IMG/VR virus record: IMGVR_UViG_3300024999_000045
Location: 1-64,000 of that record
Strand: one strand, 5' to 3'
Origin: a virus
Length of the DNA: 64,000 bases
This document shows, piece by piece, positions 9,614-19,652 of this stretch (position 1 is its first letter; each line of letters begins with the position of its first letter). Below the pieces are notes generated by a model. The model did not search any database. It had not been told where the DNA came from and saw only the letters and a program-made list of their open reading frames with translations. The translations under genes and the position numbers were made by a program.

Positions 9614-9694
9614 ATGTTAGATGTTATATGTATATTAATTTTTATGGGAGTCGGAGGATTTGTTGTGGCTTTATTTCTGGCAGCAATTACATAA
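9614..9694 (+). CDS. 26-aa hydrophobic membrane peptide
   Basis: MLDVICILIFMGVGGFVVALFLAAIT behind AAGGAG RBS (below ORF-track cutoff). Confidence 0.5.
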   Translation: MLDVICILIFMGVGGFVVALFLAAIT

Positions 9695-9733
9695 AATAAA
9701 TTTAATAATAACCGAAAATAAATAAAAAAACTC

Positions 9734-9761
9734 TTGACAATGATTTCCATTGTGTTAAAAT
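9734..9761 (+). promoter_or_regulatory. Sigma-A promoter of recombinase-like gene
   Basis: TTGACA 9734-9739, TG + TAAAAT 9756-9761 (16-bp spacer). Confidence 0.65.
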
Positions 9762-9796
9762 ATAAATATAATATATAAAGAAATGAGGTGAAACAG

Positions 9797-10876
9797 ATGT
9801 TGGCAGATCAAAATAATGTAATAGGTTTTAATAGTAAAAGTTTTTATACTGCTCTAAATAGTATTTTAAATGATATAAAAGAAGAATCTGAGAATACTCA
9901 TAAAAATTATCTTGGGACATACAGAAACTTTTTTCAGTTTATTTTAGGCAAAAGTTTAGATAATATAAGCTGGGATGATATAAAAAAAATAGACTTTCCA
10001 ACAATACAAAATTATGTTGATCATTTAAAGAAAAAGAGTAAGCTGCCAACAGTAAAAGCGAAAATTGCTGCATTAAATACTTTATATGACAGACTTCATA
10101 GTTGGGACAATAGCATAAATAAAGAATTATTTGGGCAGCTAAAGAAGATTAAAATAACTAGTCAAATTAAAAAAGAGGGGAGGTATGGGGCATTAACTAT
10201 TAGTGAAGTAAATAAATTATTAAAATTTGCATCAGAGCAAAAGTGTAAAGGAAGAGAAAATTTTGGATTAGAACAAAAGTTATTTTTTGAATTTGCATTA
10301 ACATTAGCAATAAGAAAAGAGTCTATATTATCTCTAAAATGGGAAAATATAATGAAGGTTTTAGATAAAAACAGTGGAGAAGAAGTTTGGGTTGTTTATG
10401 GATATGAAAAGAGAAAAGATATAGAAAAAGCTATAAATGAAGACTTTTTTAATAGATTAAGTGAATTGAAAAATAAAGAAACAAAACAAACAGATTATGT
10501 ATTTAATATATGTGAGCAAACATTAAGAAAAACTTTAAAAGACTTTTGTGCCGAAAATGGAATTGGAGAAAATAGAAAAATAAAGATTCATAGTTTAAAA
10601 AAGACTTCAGGTGATAGAACGTTTGATATGACTGGTGGAAACATTAAACTAACAGCAGATCAACTTCAACACTCAGACATTAATACAACATACAATGATT
10701 ACTTAGGTCAAAATATGAGCTATACAGAGCAACCAAGCTTCTTTCTAAACTTTGATGAAGTAAATGCCATAGACACAATTAAACTAGATGAATACACCAA
10801 AGAACAGTTAATAGAAGCTATAAGCAAATGTAATAAAAATATCATAAACCAAATATGTAAGAATATTGAAAAATAA
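9797..10876 (+). CDS. Tyrosine recombinase family protein (SPbeta YopP/SroD-like position)
   Basis: SAM-like N domain; LAIRKESIL (Arg), IHSLKK (HxxK instead of HxxR), LQHSDINTTYNDY (His, Tyr). Confidence 0.85.
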   Translation: MLADQNNVIGFNSKSFYTALNSILNDIKEESENTHKNYLGTYRNFFQFILGKSLDNISWDDIKKIDFPTIQNYVDHLKKKSKLPTVKAKIAALNTLYDRLHSWDNSINKELFGQLKKIKITSQIKKEGRYGALTISEVNKLLKFASEQKCKGRENFGLEQKLFFEFALTLAIRKESILSLKWENIMKVLDKNSGEEVWVVYGYEKRKDIEKAINEDFFNRLSELKNKETKQTDYVFNICEQTLRKTLKDFCAENGIGENRKIKIHSLKKTSGDRTFDMTGGNIKLTADQLQHSDINTTYNDYLGQNMSYTEQPSFFLNFDEVNAIDTIKLDEYTKEQLIEAISKCNKNIINQICKNIEK

Positions 10877-10899
10877 TTGAAGAATATAAAAATAATATC

Positions 10900-10929
10900 T
10901 TGACAATGGGTATAAAAATATGTTATTAT
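10900..10929 (+). promoter_or_regulatory. Probable sigma-A promoter
   Basis: TTGACA 10900-10905, TATTAT 10924-10929 (18-bp spacer). Confidence 0.55.
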
Positions 10930-10977
10930 GTTTATAATAAGTAATGAGAAACATAATAACATATAGGAAGTGACCGC

Positions 10978-12273
10978 ATGAGAGCAGAAAGAGAAAAGTT
11001 AGAAGAAAAATTGAATATTGTTTTAGAAGAAATATATAGAGATAAAAATATTATTACAAAAGTAACAGATGAATTATTATCAAAAGGTATATTTAGTGTA
11101 AAAAAAATATTAGATAAAAGAGTTCCTTTAAAAGTTTTAGATGAAAAATTACTAGGTTTATTAACATTAGAAATATATAAACACACGCAAAAAGAATTAA
11201 TTAAACCTTCATTATTCTTTACTGAAACAGAAATAAAAGAATCTTCTGTTTATGAATTAAAAAGTAACAACAAAAGCAGCAACGGATATCCAATAGTTCT
11301 GAAGAATGTTAATAAATTATATGACGATCATTATACTACAACCTTAACGATAAAAGAACTTGTTGAATTATATAGAAATACAATGATAATTTATAATTAT
11401 GAAACACAAAGAAATACTAGAATTAAAAGCAACGGAATGGAGGAAATTAATGTTAATCCTATTTCTGTTGAAGAAATAAAAAATGCTATTCTAACTGGTA
11501 AATTTATATCAAATACAGTAACTTTAAATCTATTTCAAGATGGCGAAGATGTTTTTGAATATTCAGACGAAACCAATAAGATTAAAATAATAGCAGGCGA
11601 GCTAAATATTGTAGATGGATTTCATCGATCATTAGGAATGATAGCTGCTTATAGAGAGAACCCAAATTTAGATTTTATAACTGAAATTAGATTTACTAAT
11701 TTTAATATAGATAAAGCTAGAAGACTTATTGTTCAAGAGGATAAACAAAATAAAATTGATAAAAAGTATATCAAATCTCTTAATACAGAAAATTTAGAAA
11801 ATATAGTTGTTAAGAGAATTAATGAGAGTGACGAATCTGAATTACAAGGCAAAATAACAACGAATGCAAAACTTATAACACTGAATAAAGCACTAGTTCT
11901 GCAAGATATAATGTCTAATGCAATAAAATATAACTTTGAATTTAAAGCGAAACGAGATGTTGATGTAGTGTCAAAATATTTAATTGAATTTTTTAATGAA
12001 TTAATTGGAATTTATCATAAAGAATTTGTCGATGAGTTAGAAAGTTATAAAAAAATTAGTGTTATAAATAATCCGAATATTTTCGCTGGTTATATAGCAT
12101 TAGCAAAAAAAATACAGAATAATAAAAATTGGAAAGAAGAGTTAGAAACGACAATGAAAAAAATTGACTTCAGTGTTCATAATCAAGAGTGGAACACAAC
12201 AGGAATATTTAATAAAAAATTAAACAAAGGCAATATCAACACAATTTCAGAATATTTTACAAGAAAATTATAA
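10978..12273 (+). CDS. DGQHR/DndB-like (ParB-fold) protein, SPbeta YopQ/SroE-like
   Basis: NIVDGFHR motif; NYETQR...; lies between two recombinase-fold genes as yopQ does. Confidence 0.75.
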   Translation: MRAEREKLEEKLNIVLEEIYRDKNIITKVTDELLSKGIFSVKKILDKRVPLKVLDEKLLGLLTLEIYKHTQKELIKPSLFFTETEIKESSVYELKSNNKSSNGYPIVLKNVNKLYDDHYTTTLTIKELVELYRNTMIIYNYETQRNTRIKSNGMEEINVNPISVEEIKNAILTGKFISNTVTLNLFQDGEDVFEYSDETNKIKIIAGELNIVDGFHRSLGMIAAYRENPNLDFITEIRFTNFNIDKARRLIVQEDKQNKIDKKYIKSLNTENLENIVVKRINESDESELQGKITTNAKLITLNKALVLQDIMSNAIKYNFEFKAKRDVDVVSKYLIEFFNELIGIYHKEFVDELESYKKISVINNPNIFAGYIALAKKIQNNKNWKEELETTMKKIDFSVHNQEWNTTGIFNKKLNKGNINTISEYFTRKL

Positions 12274-12294
12274 TCACATAGGGGGTGAGAGGAT

Positions 12295-13233
12295 ATGGAA
12301 AGAAACTTATATAATGAAGAATTTAAGAAAAAGTTTGTGAATGCACAATATACTGGTAGAACAAATGATTATTACATTTATGTATTATCATTAGCAAGTA
12401 AAATAGAAGAAAATTTTGGGAAAGATTTGTATGAATTTAATGATGAAGAATATGATATTTTGCTTAGCAATATTAAAACAAATAGTTTAAATTCATTAAT
12501 TAGCATTAATATAATATATTCAAAATACGTTGAGTTTGCTATGTCAGAAGGCCTTGTTAAACACAGAATTAATTATCCGTCGCTAGTAAATCCACAAGAT
12601 TTAAAAACATATGTAGGTAAAATAGTAAAAGAAAAAAGATATATTAATACAAGAGAAGATTTTGAAATAGTAATAGGTCTTTTATATAATCCACAAGATA
12701 GAGCATTGTTTGGATTGTTATACGAAGGAGTAAAAGGTGCAAATGGTATTGAAGAATTACAGAACTTAAAGAAAACTGATTGTAATATAACAAACAATAC
12801 ATTAACCTTAACGAGAGATAATGGGACACAAAGACAAGTAGTGGTATCAGAGTATACAATGGAACTTATTCAAGAAGCAATTGAAGATAATGAATATTAT
12901 AAAAACAATGGGGACGGCGATCATTTAAGAAACCCATTTACTCCTCTTGCTCAAACTGAATATGTGTTAAGACCTTCTGGGATTAAAAAAATAAATAAGG
13001 TAACTCAACAAGGCATAATTAGAAGAATTAATAACTTGAAAGAATGGTTTGATTATCCATTTATATCTATAACTAATATTTGGGTTAGTGGACAGATAGC
13101 TGCATCAAAAAATAAAAAAGAAGAATTAGGAAGAGAATTGTCAAGACAAGAGTATATTGAGATAGCGGAGAAATTTGGCTTTGGGGAAGCATATTGGTTT
13201 AATATTAAGCGAAGCGTGATAGATTATATATAG
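12295..13233 (+). CDS. Catalytically degenerate tyrosine-recombinase-fold repressor, SPbeta MrpR/YopR/SroF-like
   Basis: YNEEFKKKF...KDLYEF N-terminus, NPQDRALFGLLYEGV without catalytic Arg, ITNIWVSG without HxxR; matches my recollection of YopR layout. Confidence 0.75.
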   Translation: MERNLYNEEFKKKFVNAQYTGRTNDYYIYVLSLASKIEENFGKDLYEFNDEEYDILLSNIKTNSLNSLISINIIYSKYVEFAMSEGLVKHRINYPSLVNPQDLKTYVGKIVKEKRYINTREDFEIVIGLLYNPQDRALFGLLYEGVKGANGIEELQNLKKTDCNITNNTLTLTRDNGTQRQVVVSEYTMELIQEAIEDNEYYKNNGDGDHLRNPFTPLAQTEYVLRPSGIKKINKVTQQGIIRRINNLKEWFDYPFISITNIWVSGQIAASKNKKEELGRELSRQEYIEIAEKFGFGEAYWFNIKRSVIDYI

Positions 13234-13304
13234 GGAAACCTATATATAATCTATCACTAGTATAAACATTATAATAAATTATAATAAATTATACCATAGT
13301 GAGA

Positions 13305-13334
13305 TTTACAAAAAGATACAAGTTGTGGTATAAT
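13305..13334 (+). promoter_or_regulatory. Promoter of LytTR regulator
   Basis: TTTACA 13305-13310, TGG-TATAAT 13329-13334; ataataaatt tandem repeats just upstream. Confidence 0.65.
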
Positions 13335-13357
13335 GAGAGGTGGAGGCGATAATACAG

Positions 13358-14071
13358 ATGATATTAAACACTATAATATGTGATGATATGCTAGGTCAAA
13401 TTGATTTAATACAAATTTACATTGAAAATATGAATATACCCAATGTCAAAGTAGTCAAAACAATTACTGATGGGTCAAAATTAATAGAAACTTGTAAAGA
13501 ATTGAAACCAGGTTTAATTATTTTAGATATAGAACTTCATGAATATGGAGAATATAACGGAATGGATTTAGCTAAAAAAATATACGAATTTGATAAAGAT
13601 GTTTCGTTTATTTTTATAACAGCACATAAAGATTTTTCAATTGAATCTTATAAGGTTAGAGCTGTAGATTTTATAGTAAAACCGTTTCAATCAGATAGGT
13701 TGAAGGAATCTATTGAATTTATAATCAATAAAAGGGGATATAACAATAAATGGTTTAATAATAGAATAGATGTTGTTTCTAGCGGTACGATATATAAAAT
13801 AGATTTTAATAATATAATATTTATAGAAGCGTTAAATCGTAAAATAGTAATACATACTATAGAAGAGGAAATTGAAGTTAATGATACTTTAGATAATATA
13901 TTATCAATGTTAAATCCTATAAAGTTTAAAAGGTCTCAAAAATCATTTATTGTTAATATAGATAAAATAAAGAAAATAAAAGGAGGCAATAGTAAACATT
14001 CTTCAAAAATAATTTACTTTTGTAATTATCAAAAAACTGCATATCTTGGTGAAAAATATGATATTTTGTAG
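13358..14071 (+). CDS. LytTR-family (AgrA-like) response regulator
   Basis: Receiver: ICDD, IILDIEL (phospho-Asp), FITAH, FIVKPF; LytTR: IIFIEA...FKRSQKSFIVNI. Confidence 0.9.
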   Translation: MILNTIICDDMLGQIDLIQIYIENMNIPNVKVVKTITDGSKLIETCKELKPGLIILDIELHEYGEYNGMDLAKKIYEFDKDVSFIFITAHKDFSIESYKVRAVDFIVKPFQSDRLKESIEFIINKRGYNNKWFNNRIDVVSSGTIYKIDFNNIIFIEALNRKIVIHTIEEEIEVNDTLDNILSMLNPIKFKRSQKSFIVNIDKIKKIKGGNSKHSSKIIYFCNYQKTAYLGEKYDIL

Positions 14072-14207
14072 AATGAAAATTAAAAAGGATATTTCACGCA
14101 CAGAAAGGGATAACTTAGACATTTTCAATTGATTTTGTAAAAATATAATATATAATTCATTTGTAAACAAACTTAAATATAAAATAAAAATTGGGGGTAA
14201 CAAATTA

Positions 14208-14660
14208 ATGAATTTGACAAAAGATTTGACAACAGGTTTAATAGAAAGACTTGAAATACCCGACAACTTTAGTAAACGCTTATTTAATAAATTGAATTTT
14301 TTAATAAGTAATAAAAAAAATAAAGAAGAATTTATAAATAAGTTTTATGATAAAAATGATTGCTTTGTACTTTGTATTGGTAGATATGAAAAATATTTAC
14401 GCAAAGAAAAAAGCAGAGGCTTACGACCATCTGCTTCACAAATAAATAAATTAATCCAACACAAAAATTATAACAGTTTAAAAGGAATTTTGCAAGAAAT
14501 ATTTTTAGAATTTATATCTGATGAAGACTTGAATAAATTTGTATCTTATTTTTTGGGGCAAAACATTGATTTTGACAGAGTAGTATATTGGTTTGAAAAT
14601 AAAAATATAAATAAAAGTTTTGATAGATTATTGGTTGAATTAAAAAATAATAGAATATAA
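14208..14660 (+). CDS. Hypothetical protein
   Basis: ORF with GGGGG RBS. Confidence 0.7.
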   Translation: MNLTKDLTTGLIERLEIPDNFSKRLFNKLNFLISNKKNKEEFINKFYDKNDCFVLCIGRYEKYLRKEKSRGLRPSASQINKLIQHKNYNSLKGILQEIFLEFISDEDLNKFVSYFLGQNIDFDRVVYWFENKNINKSFDRLLVELKNNRI

Positions 14661-14667
14661 AAATATC

Positions 14668-14703
14668 TCTTCTGGCTTAGATTTAAGTGTCTAAGCTGGA
14701 AGA
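14668..14703 (+). terminator. 14-bp stem-loop, probable terminator/processing hairpin
   Basis: tcttctggcttaga-tttaagtg-tctaagctggaaga (two G-U pairs). Confidence 0.55.
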
Positions 14704-14739
14704 TTAATTAAAACTAAAAATTAAAGGAAGGTAAATTTT

Positions 14740-15258
14740 ATGAAAAATTTAGAAAAAATTATACATCAGATTTTAAGTTTAGAAAATTATTTAGAAAAAG
14801 AAAGTAATAAGCTTAACGAAGAGCAAAGCACAATTGATACATATAGAGAATTAATTCTGCATAATTATTTTGAGTCATCTAGAGTTAATGCAAGTTTAGG
14901 ATACAAATATTATGCTGAAACCAGAGATGTTCAATTAAAAAGAAGAATGATAAAAAATGATGCAAGTGTTTTAAAAAGTTTTTTAAGTAGATATAAGAAT
15001 CTTATTAAAGATATTAATATTCAAATCTCAGAAAACGAAACAGAAAATGAAAATATACTAAAATCATTATCAAATCAGAAAATAATTAAAGAAAATGTTG
15101 AATGTATTGATAAACTTTTAAAACAAAACCCAAAAACAAACCAACATAGATATAATATCCAAAGATTGAATAATGTTAATAAAACTAATATCAAATTTAA
15201 GGAGGATAAATATCTAACTCGTATAGAAGAATTATTCGAACAAATAAAACAATGTTAA
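14740..15258 (+). CDS. Hypothetical coiled-coil phage protein
   Basis: AAGGAAGG RBS; LHNYFE...GYKYY...RRMIKND pattern. Confidence 0.7.
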   Translation: MKNLEKIIHQILSLENYLEKESNKLNEEQSTIDTYRELILHNYFESSRVNASLGYKYYAETRDVQLKRRMIKNDASVLKSFLSRYKNLIKDINIQISENETENENILKSLSNQKIIKENVECIDKLLKQNPKTNQHRYNIQRLNNVNKTNIKFKEDKYLTRIEELFEQIKQC

Positions 15259-15338
15259 ATAATATGCACATTTAACACAATATTTTAAATCTGTGATATA
15301 ATATAAACATAATAATTATAAAACAAAAGGGGATATGT

Positions 15339-16084
15339 ATGAAAAAAGATTATTTATTTATAAATTTAGAAAAAAGCAAAAAATTAACAATGAAGTCATT
15401 ATTTAAAAATACACTAAAGAATGCAATTGATTTTATAAAATCATTTAGAAAATTATTTATATCGTTAATATTAATACCTATTATTGCTGTGATTATTTTA
15501 ATTAATATAATTTATTCTAAATATAAACATAATAATGAAATCAAAGTATCTGATGAAAAAAATAAATTTGAGACTATTCAGAAGGTTGAAACCGTAATAA
15601 AAGAAGAAATAATTCCAGAAAAAGAAGAAGTTATAACAGAAGTTATAAAACCTATAACGAAAACTGAAGTCAGAGAGGTTATTTCTAGGGGTTCTGAGCA
15701 TAAGTTCAGGTAAATACTGAATATCTAGGTGAGCTTAGAATATTTGAATTTACTGCATATGATTTATCTTATCAGTCTTGCCAAAAGAATCCTGGAGATA
15801 AGGGATATGGCATAACAGCGAGTGGCTTTAACTTATCTGGGTTAACAAGAGAACAAGCAATGACAGTAGCAGCAGGCTCTAGAATATTTCCAATGGGTAC
15901 TAAGTTATACATAGAATTTGATGGTAATAGAAGTAAATATAATGGAATTTATACTGTTAGAGATACTGGTGGAGATATTAAAAGAAATAGGATTGATTTA
16001 TTCATTAATAGTTATAACGAATGCTTAGAATTTGGAAGAGCTAATGGCAGAGTAAAAATTATAAAAGAAGAGGATGGATTATAA
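15339..16084 (+). pseudogene. Membrane-anchored 3D-domain (peptidoglycan hydrolase-like) gene split by a -1 frameshift at ~15704-15710
   Basis: 15339-15713 gives TM segment and SRG motif; -1 frame from 15704 reads FTAYDL...GITASG...TVAA...PMGT...VRDTGG...RIDLF through 16084. Confidence 0.75.
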
Positions 16085-16622
16085 AATGATATTATTAACT
16101 GGATTTAGTGGAAGTGGTAAAAGTCATATAGAAGAATTATTAAGAAAATTAGGATTAAATAAGTTAACGTCATACACTTCGAGGCCTATTCGCGAGGGTG
16201 AGACTAATCATACTAATTATCATTACATAACTGAAGATGAATTTGAAGATAAGGTTCAAGAAGGATTTTTTGCAGAAAATGTATTTTATCAAGGAAATTA
16301 TTATGGTTGTGCCAAAGAAGATTGTTTAGACAATTCTATTGTTGTAGTAGAGCCAAAAGGATTACAACAATTAAATACAGTTCCGGGATTAAATATAACC
16401 TCAATTTGTATTAAAACTAATATGTTTATAAGGGTGTATAGAATGATAAGAAGAAAAGATAAAATTAAAAATATTCTTAAAAGATTAATTTCAGACCCAA
16501 AAGTATTTAAAGATATAGAAAATAAAGTTGATTATATTATTACTAATAACAAAAATGATCAAGGTAGCCATGCCTTAGCAAAAATTAAAAAAATATTAAA
16601 GAATATAAACATAACAATATAA
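16074..16622 (+). CDS. gmk: Guanylate kinase
   Basis: P-loop GFSGSGKS; SYTSRPIREGE; GNYYG. Confidence 0.9.
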   Translation: MDYKMILLTGFSGSGKSHIEELLRKLGLNKLTSYTSRPIREGETNHTNYHYITEDEFEDKVQEGFFAENVFYQGNYYGCAKEDCLDNSIVVVEPKGLQQLNTVPGLNITSICIKTNMFIRVYRMIRRKDKIKNILKRLISDPKVFKDIENKVDYIITNNKNDQGSHALAKIKKILKNINITI

Positions 16623-17059
16623 TGATAAGTTTATCTAAAAAAAATCAAATTAATAATGAAAGACAAAAATTATATGATTTAGGTTACAATGCTACTAAAA
16701 TGGCTGAAATATTAGGTTGTGATCGAACGACAATTTCAAAGTGGCTAAAGGGAAAAGATTTAATTAGTAATGAAAAAAAAGATGAAGAAACAAAATGTTT
16801 TAGCTGCTCGATGTGTAGTGCTTCAAAATGTTATTTTCATGCAGTTGTACACGTTGAACATAAATATGATAAAACAGTTGTGAGATTATTAGAATCAAAA
16901 GATGCAAAAGACCTAGAGAAAGCTAAAACATTACAAGATAGAATAAATAAGGATAAAATTAATGATTTTAGAAAAAGAGGAATATCTGTATCGATTAATA
17001 ATATTGGAGATTGTTTTGTAAGTGATTGCAGAAGTTATAAACCAGATACGAGAAAATAG
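16622..17059 (+). CDS. HTH protein with Cys-rich segment
   Basis: ATKMAEILGCDRTTISKWL HTH; CFSCSMCSASKC. Confidence 0.65.
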   Translation: MISLSKKNQINNERQKLYDLGYNATKMAEILGCDRTTISKWLKGKDLISNEKKDEETKCFSCSMCSASKCYFHAVVHVEHKYDKTVVRLLESKDAKDLEKAKTLQDRINKDKINDFRKRGISVSINNIGDCFVSDCRSYKPDTRK

Positions 17060-17077
17060 AGAGGTGGTTAAATTAAA

Positions 17078-18304
17078 ATGGGTATTTTATCAAAAATAGA
17101 TCAAATTTGTTCTTTTTGTGGCAAGTCAAGTAAAGATGTAGAGAAGATGGTAAATGGCGGAAGTGTAACAATTTGTAATGAATGTGTTGAAACTTGTGTA
17201 GATATATTAAAAGATAAAAATGTTATTACAAAATCTACTGGATATTCAAACTATTTAAAACCATTAGATATAAAAAATATATTAGATGAAACGGTTATTG
17301 GCCAAGATTATGCTAAAAAAGTGTTATCTGTAGCCGTTTATAATCATTATAAGAGGATTAATAATAAAAATAAATCAGGTGTTGATATACAAAAGTCAAA
17401 TATTATGATGTTAGGGACAACAGGTTGTGGAAAAACTCTAATTGCTCAAAGCATAGCGAAAATATTAGATGTACCCTTTACAATTGCAGATGCAAATAGC
17501 CTCACAGCTAGCGGTTATGTGGGTGAGGACGTAGAATCGATACTTACAAGACTATTACAAAATTGTGATTTCGATGTTGAAAAGGCAGAACGTGGAATTA
17601 TATTTTTAGACGAAGTGGATAAGATAGCTAAAAAAGGTGAAAATGTTTCAATTACAAGAGACGTTAGTGGTGAATGTGTTCAACAAGCATTGCTTAAAAT
17701 CATAGAAGGTTCTGTGGTGAATGTTTCACCTCAAGGTGGCAGAAAGCATCCACAACAAGAATTTATACAAGTAGACACTTCAAATATATTATTTATTGTA
17801 GGTGGAGCATTTGTAGGTATTGAAAAGATAATACAAGATAGATTAGATAAAGATAATCCAAAGAAAAATAAGAAAATAGGATTTAATACTGAAGTTATTA
17901 CAACAGAAGAGATAAAAGAAATTGATAAAGAAGAATTATTAACACATATAGCACCACAAGACTTAATAAAATTTGGGATGATACCAGAGTTTGTTGGTAG
18001 ACTTCCAGTTATAGCAACATTAAAAGCTTTAAATAAAGATGCTTTAGTAAAAATATTAACAGAACCTAAAAATTCTATAACAAATCAATATAAAGAGTTG
18101 TTTGAAATGGATAATTTAGATTTAACTTTTGAAAAAGATGCTTTGGAATCAATAGCCGATAAGGCTATTAAAAGAAATACTGGCGCTAGAGGTCTAAGGG
18201 CAATAATTGAAGAGGTAATGTTGGATTTAATGTTTGATGCACCATCAAAAAAGAAGAAGAAATATGTTATTACTAAAGAAATGGTTGAAAAAGTGGTGGC
18301 ATAG
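17078..18304 (+). CDS. clpX: ClpX AAA+ unfoldase
   Basis: C4 zinc finger CSFCGK...ICNECV, Walker A GTTGCGKT, Walker B FLDEVDK, RKH loop, IGF loop, TGARGLR. Confidence 0.95.
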   Translation: MGILSKIDQICSFCGKSSKDVEKMVNGGSVTICNECVETCVDILKDKNVITKSTGYSNYLKPLDIKNILDETVIGQDYAKKVLSVAVYNHYKRINNKNKSGVDIQKSNIMMLGTTGCGKTLIAQSIAKILDVPFTIADANSLTASGYVGEDVESILTRLLQNCDFDVEKAERGIIFLDEVDKIAKKGENVSITRDVSGECVQQALLKIIEGSVVNVSPQGGRKHPQQEFIQVDTSNILFIVGGAFVGIEKIIQDRLDKDNPKKNKKIGFNTEVITTEEIKEIDKEELLTHIAPQDLIKFGMIPEFVGRLPVIATLKALNKDALVKILTEPKNSITNQYKELFEMDNLDLTFEKDALESIADKAIKRNTGARGLRAIIEEVMLDLMFDAPSKKKKKYVITKEMVEKVVA

Positions 18305-18316
18305 AAAGAGGCAAAT

Positions 18317-18853
18317 ATGAGTTATTTTATTAATATAGAAGATAATAATGCATCAAAAAATTTTAATAAGTCACTAAAAAATATATTAAAAGATAAATTT
18401 AGTTTAAAATCAATAGTTATTTTAAATATTGGGACAGACAGATCAACTGGCGATTGTTTAGGGGCGTTGGTGGGATATAAATTAAAGAATTTAAAACACA
18501 ATAATATACATATTTATGGTAATTTAGATAATCCAGTACATGCTAAAAACTTAGAACAAAATATGAATATAATAAAAGAAAAACACAAAGACTCATTTGT
18601 TATTGCAATTGACGCTTCATTAAGTAGTTCAGATAACATTGGAAGAATAAATATATCGGATATTCCAATAAAACCTGGAAGTGGTGTAGGAAAAAACTTA
18701 CCAGAAGTTGGTGATATTGCTATAACGGGTGTTGTAAATACTTATGGATATAATGAATTTTTAACATTACAAAATACACGCTTAAATATTGTAATGAAAA
18801 TGGCAGATTTAATATCTTCGGGATTAATGAAAGTATTACCAAAAGTGGTTTAA
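18317..18853 (+). CDS. yyaC: Spore protease YyaC family protein
   Basis: IGTDRSTGDCLG, PVHAKNL, AIDASL, PGSGVGKNLP.VGD, LQNTRL. Confidence 0.88.
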   Translation: MSYFINIEDNNASKNFNKSLKNILKDKFSLKSIVILNIGTDRSTGDCLGALVGYKLKNLKHNNIHIYGNLDNPVHAKNLEQNMNIIKEKHKDSFVIAIDASLSSSDNIGRINISDIPIKPGSGVGKNLPEVGDIAITGVVNTYGYNEFLTLQNTRLNIVMKMADLISSGLMKVLPKVV

Positions 18854-18888
18854 ATAAAAATAAGATTTCGTTGAAAAGGGGAATAAAT

Positions 18889-19296
18889 ATGACAGGAAGA
18901 GAAGAATTGCTACAAAAAATCAAAGATAAAGAGTGTGAAGTTAATGAACTTAGCAATGAAAGATATGAATTAATGCAAGAGTTTTTAGATAAATATGAAG
19001 TTCTAGAAACCAAAGAACAATATCTTAATAAATACTTTAAATATAAAAACAATCATTATAGCTGCCCAGAGGACGAGAAAGATTATTGGAACGAATATTA
19101 TTACGTTTATAAAATTACAAGTAAAGCAAATATAAAAGCAATTAATTTTAGAAAAGATAATGAAGGTGCAATAGAAATTAAAAAAGAAACAATGTATATA
19201 AATGATAATGTCGTTGAAATAACTAGAGAAGAATTTTTAGAAAATTGGAATATTATAAAAAATGACGTAACAGACCTAGAAAAAATGTTTCAATAA
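18889..19296 (+). CDS. Hypothetical phage protein
   Basis: ORF; start moved to ATG 18889. Confidence 0.7.
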   Translation: MTGREELLQKIKDKECEVNELSNERYELMQEFLDKYEVLETKEQYLNKYFKYKNNHYSCPEDEKDYWNEYYYVYKITSKANIKAINFRKDNEGAIEIKKETMYINDNVVEITREEFLENWNIIKNDVTDLEKMFQ

Positions 19297-19328
19297 AATA
19301 ACGATTTGACTTGAAAATGGAGGATAAA

Positions 19329-19616
19329 ATGGTATTAAGTGATATTAAAAATATAGTAAATAAATATGTACCTGATATTATGGGATATCCAGAAGACGAA
19401 TATGGTGAGTTGTATACCGAAGTTTATACTCATGAAATAAATGGACTTTGTAATAGTATAAAACTTATGTTAGAACAAGAAATTTATGGAAAATATGATT
19501 TAGCAGTAATAATTTTAAATGAATGTGTTGGTATATGGGGTAAAGACGGCAACAAATTAACGAGAAGTATTTATAATAATCTATCAAGAGATTTATTAAC
19601 AGAGTATTATCAATAA
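19329..19616 (+). CDS. Hypothetical phage protein
   Basis: GGAGG RBS before ATG 19329. Confidence 0.7.
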   Translation: MVLSDIKNIVNKYVPDIMGYPEDEYGELYTEVYTHEINGLCNSIKLMLEQEIYGKYDLAVIILNECVGIWGKDGNKLTRSIYNNLSRDLLTEYYQ

Positions 19617-19652
19617 AGCAGCAATTTTATTAAAAAGGAAGAGGAATAGAAG

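Noticed and set aside
10978-12273. DndB-like gene as a phosphorothioation (Dnd) system
   Set aside because: No dndA/C/D/E or ssp genes in the window; its position matches the SPbeta YopQ/SroE regulator.
9797-13233. Recombinase-fold genes as the prophage integrase with adjacent attP/attL
   Set aside because: The context matches the internal SPbeta-like repression trio, the second gene lacks catalytic residues, and no host-phage junction is visible here.
14073-14132. 19-aa ORF MKIKKDISRTERDNLDIFN after the LytTR gene as an AgrD/AimP-like signal peptide
   Set aside because: No RBS, no signal sequence, no Cys ring motif, and no AgrB nearby.
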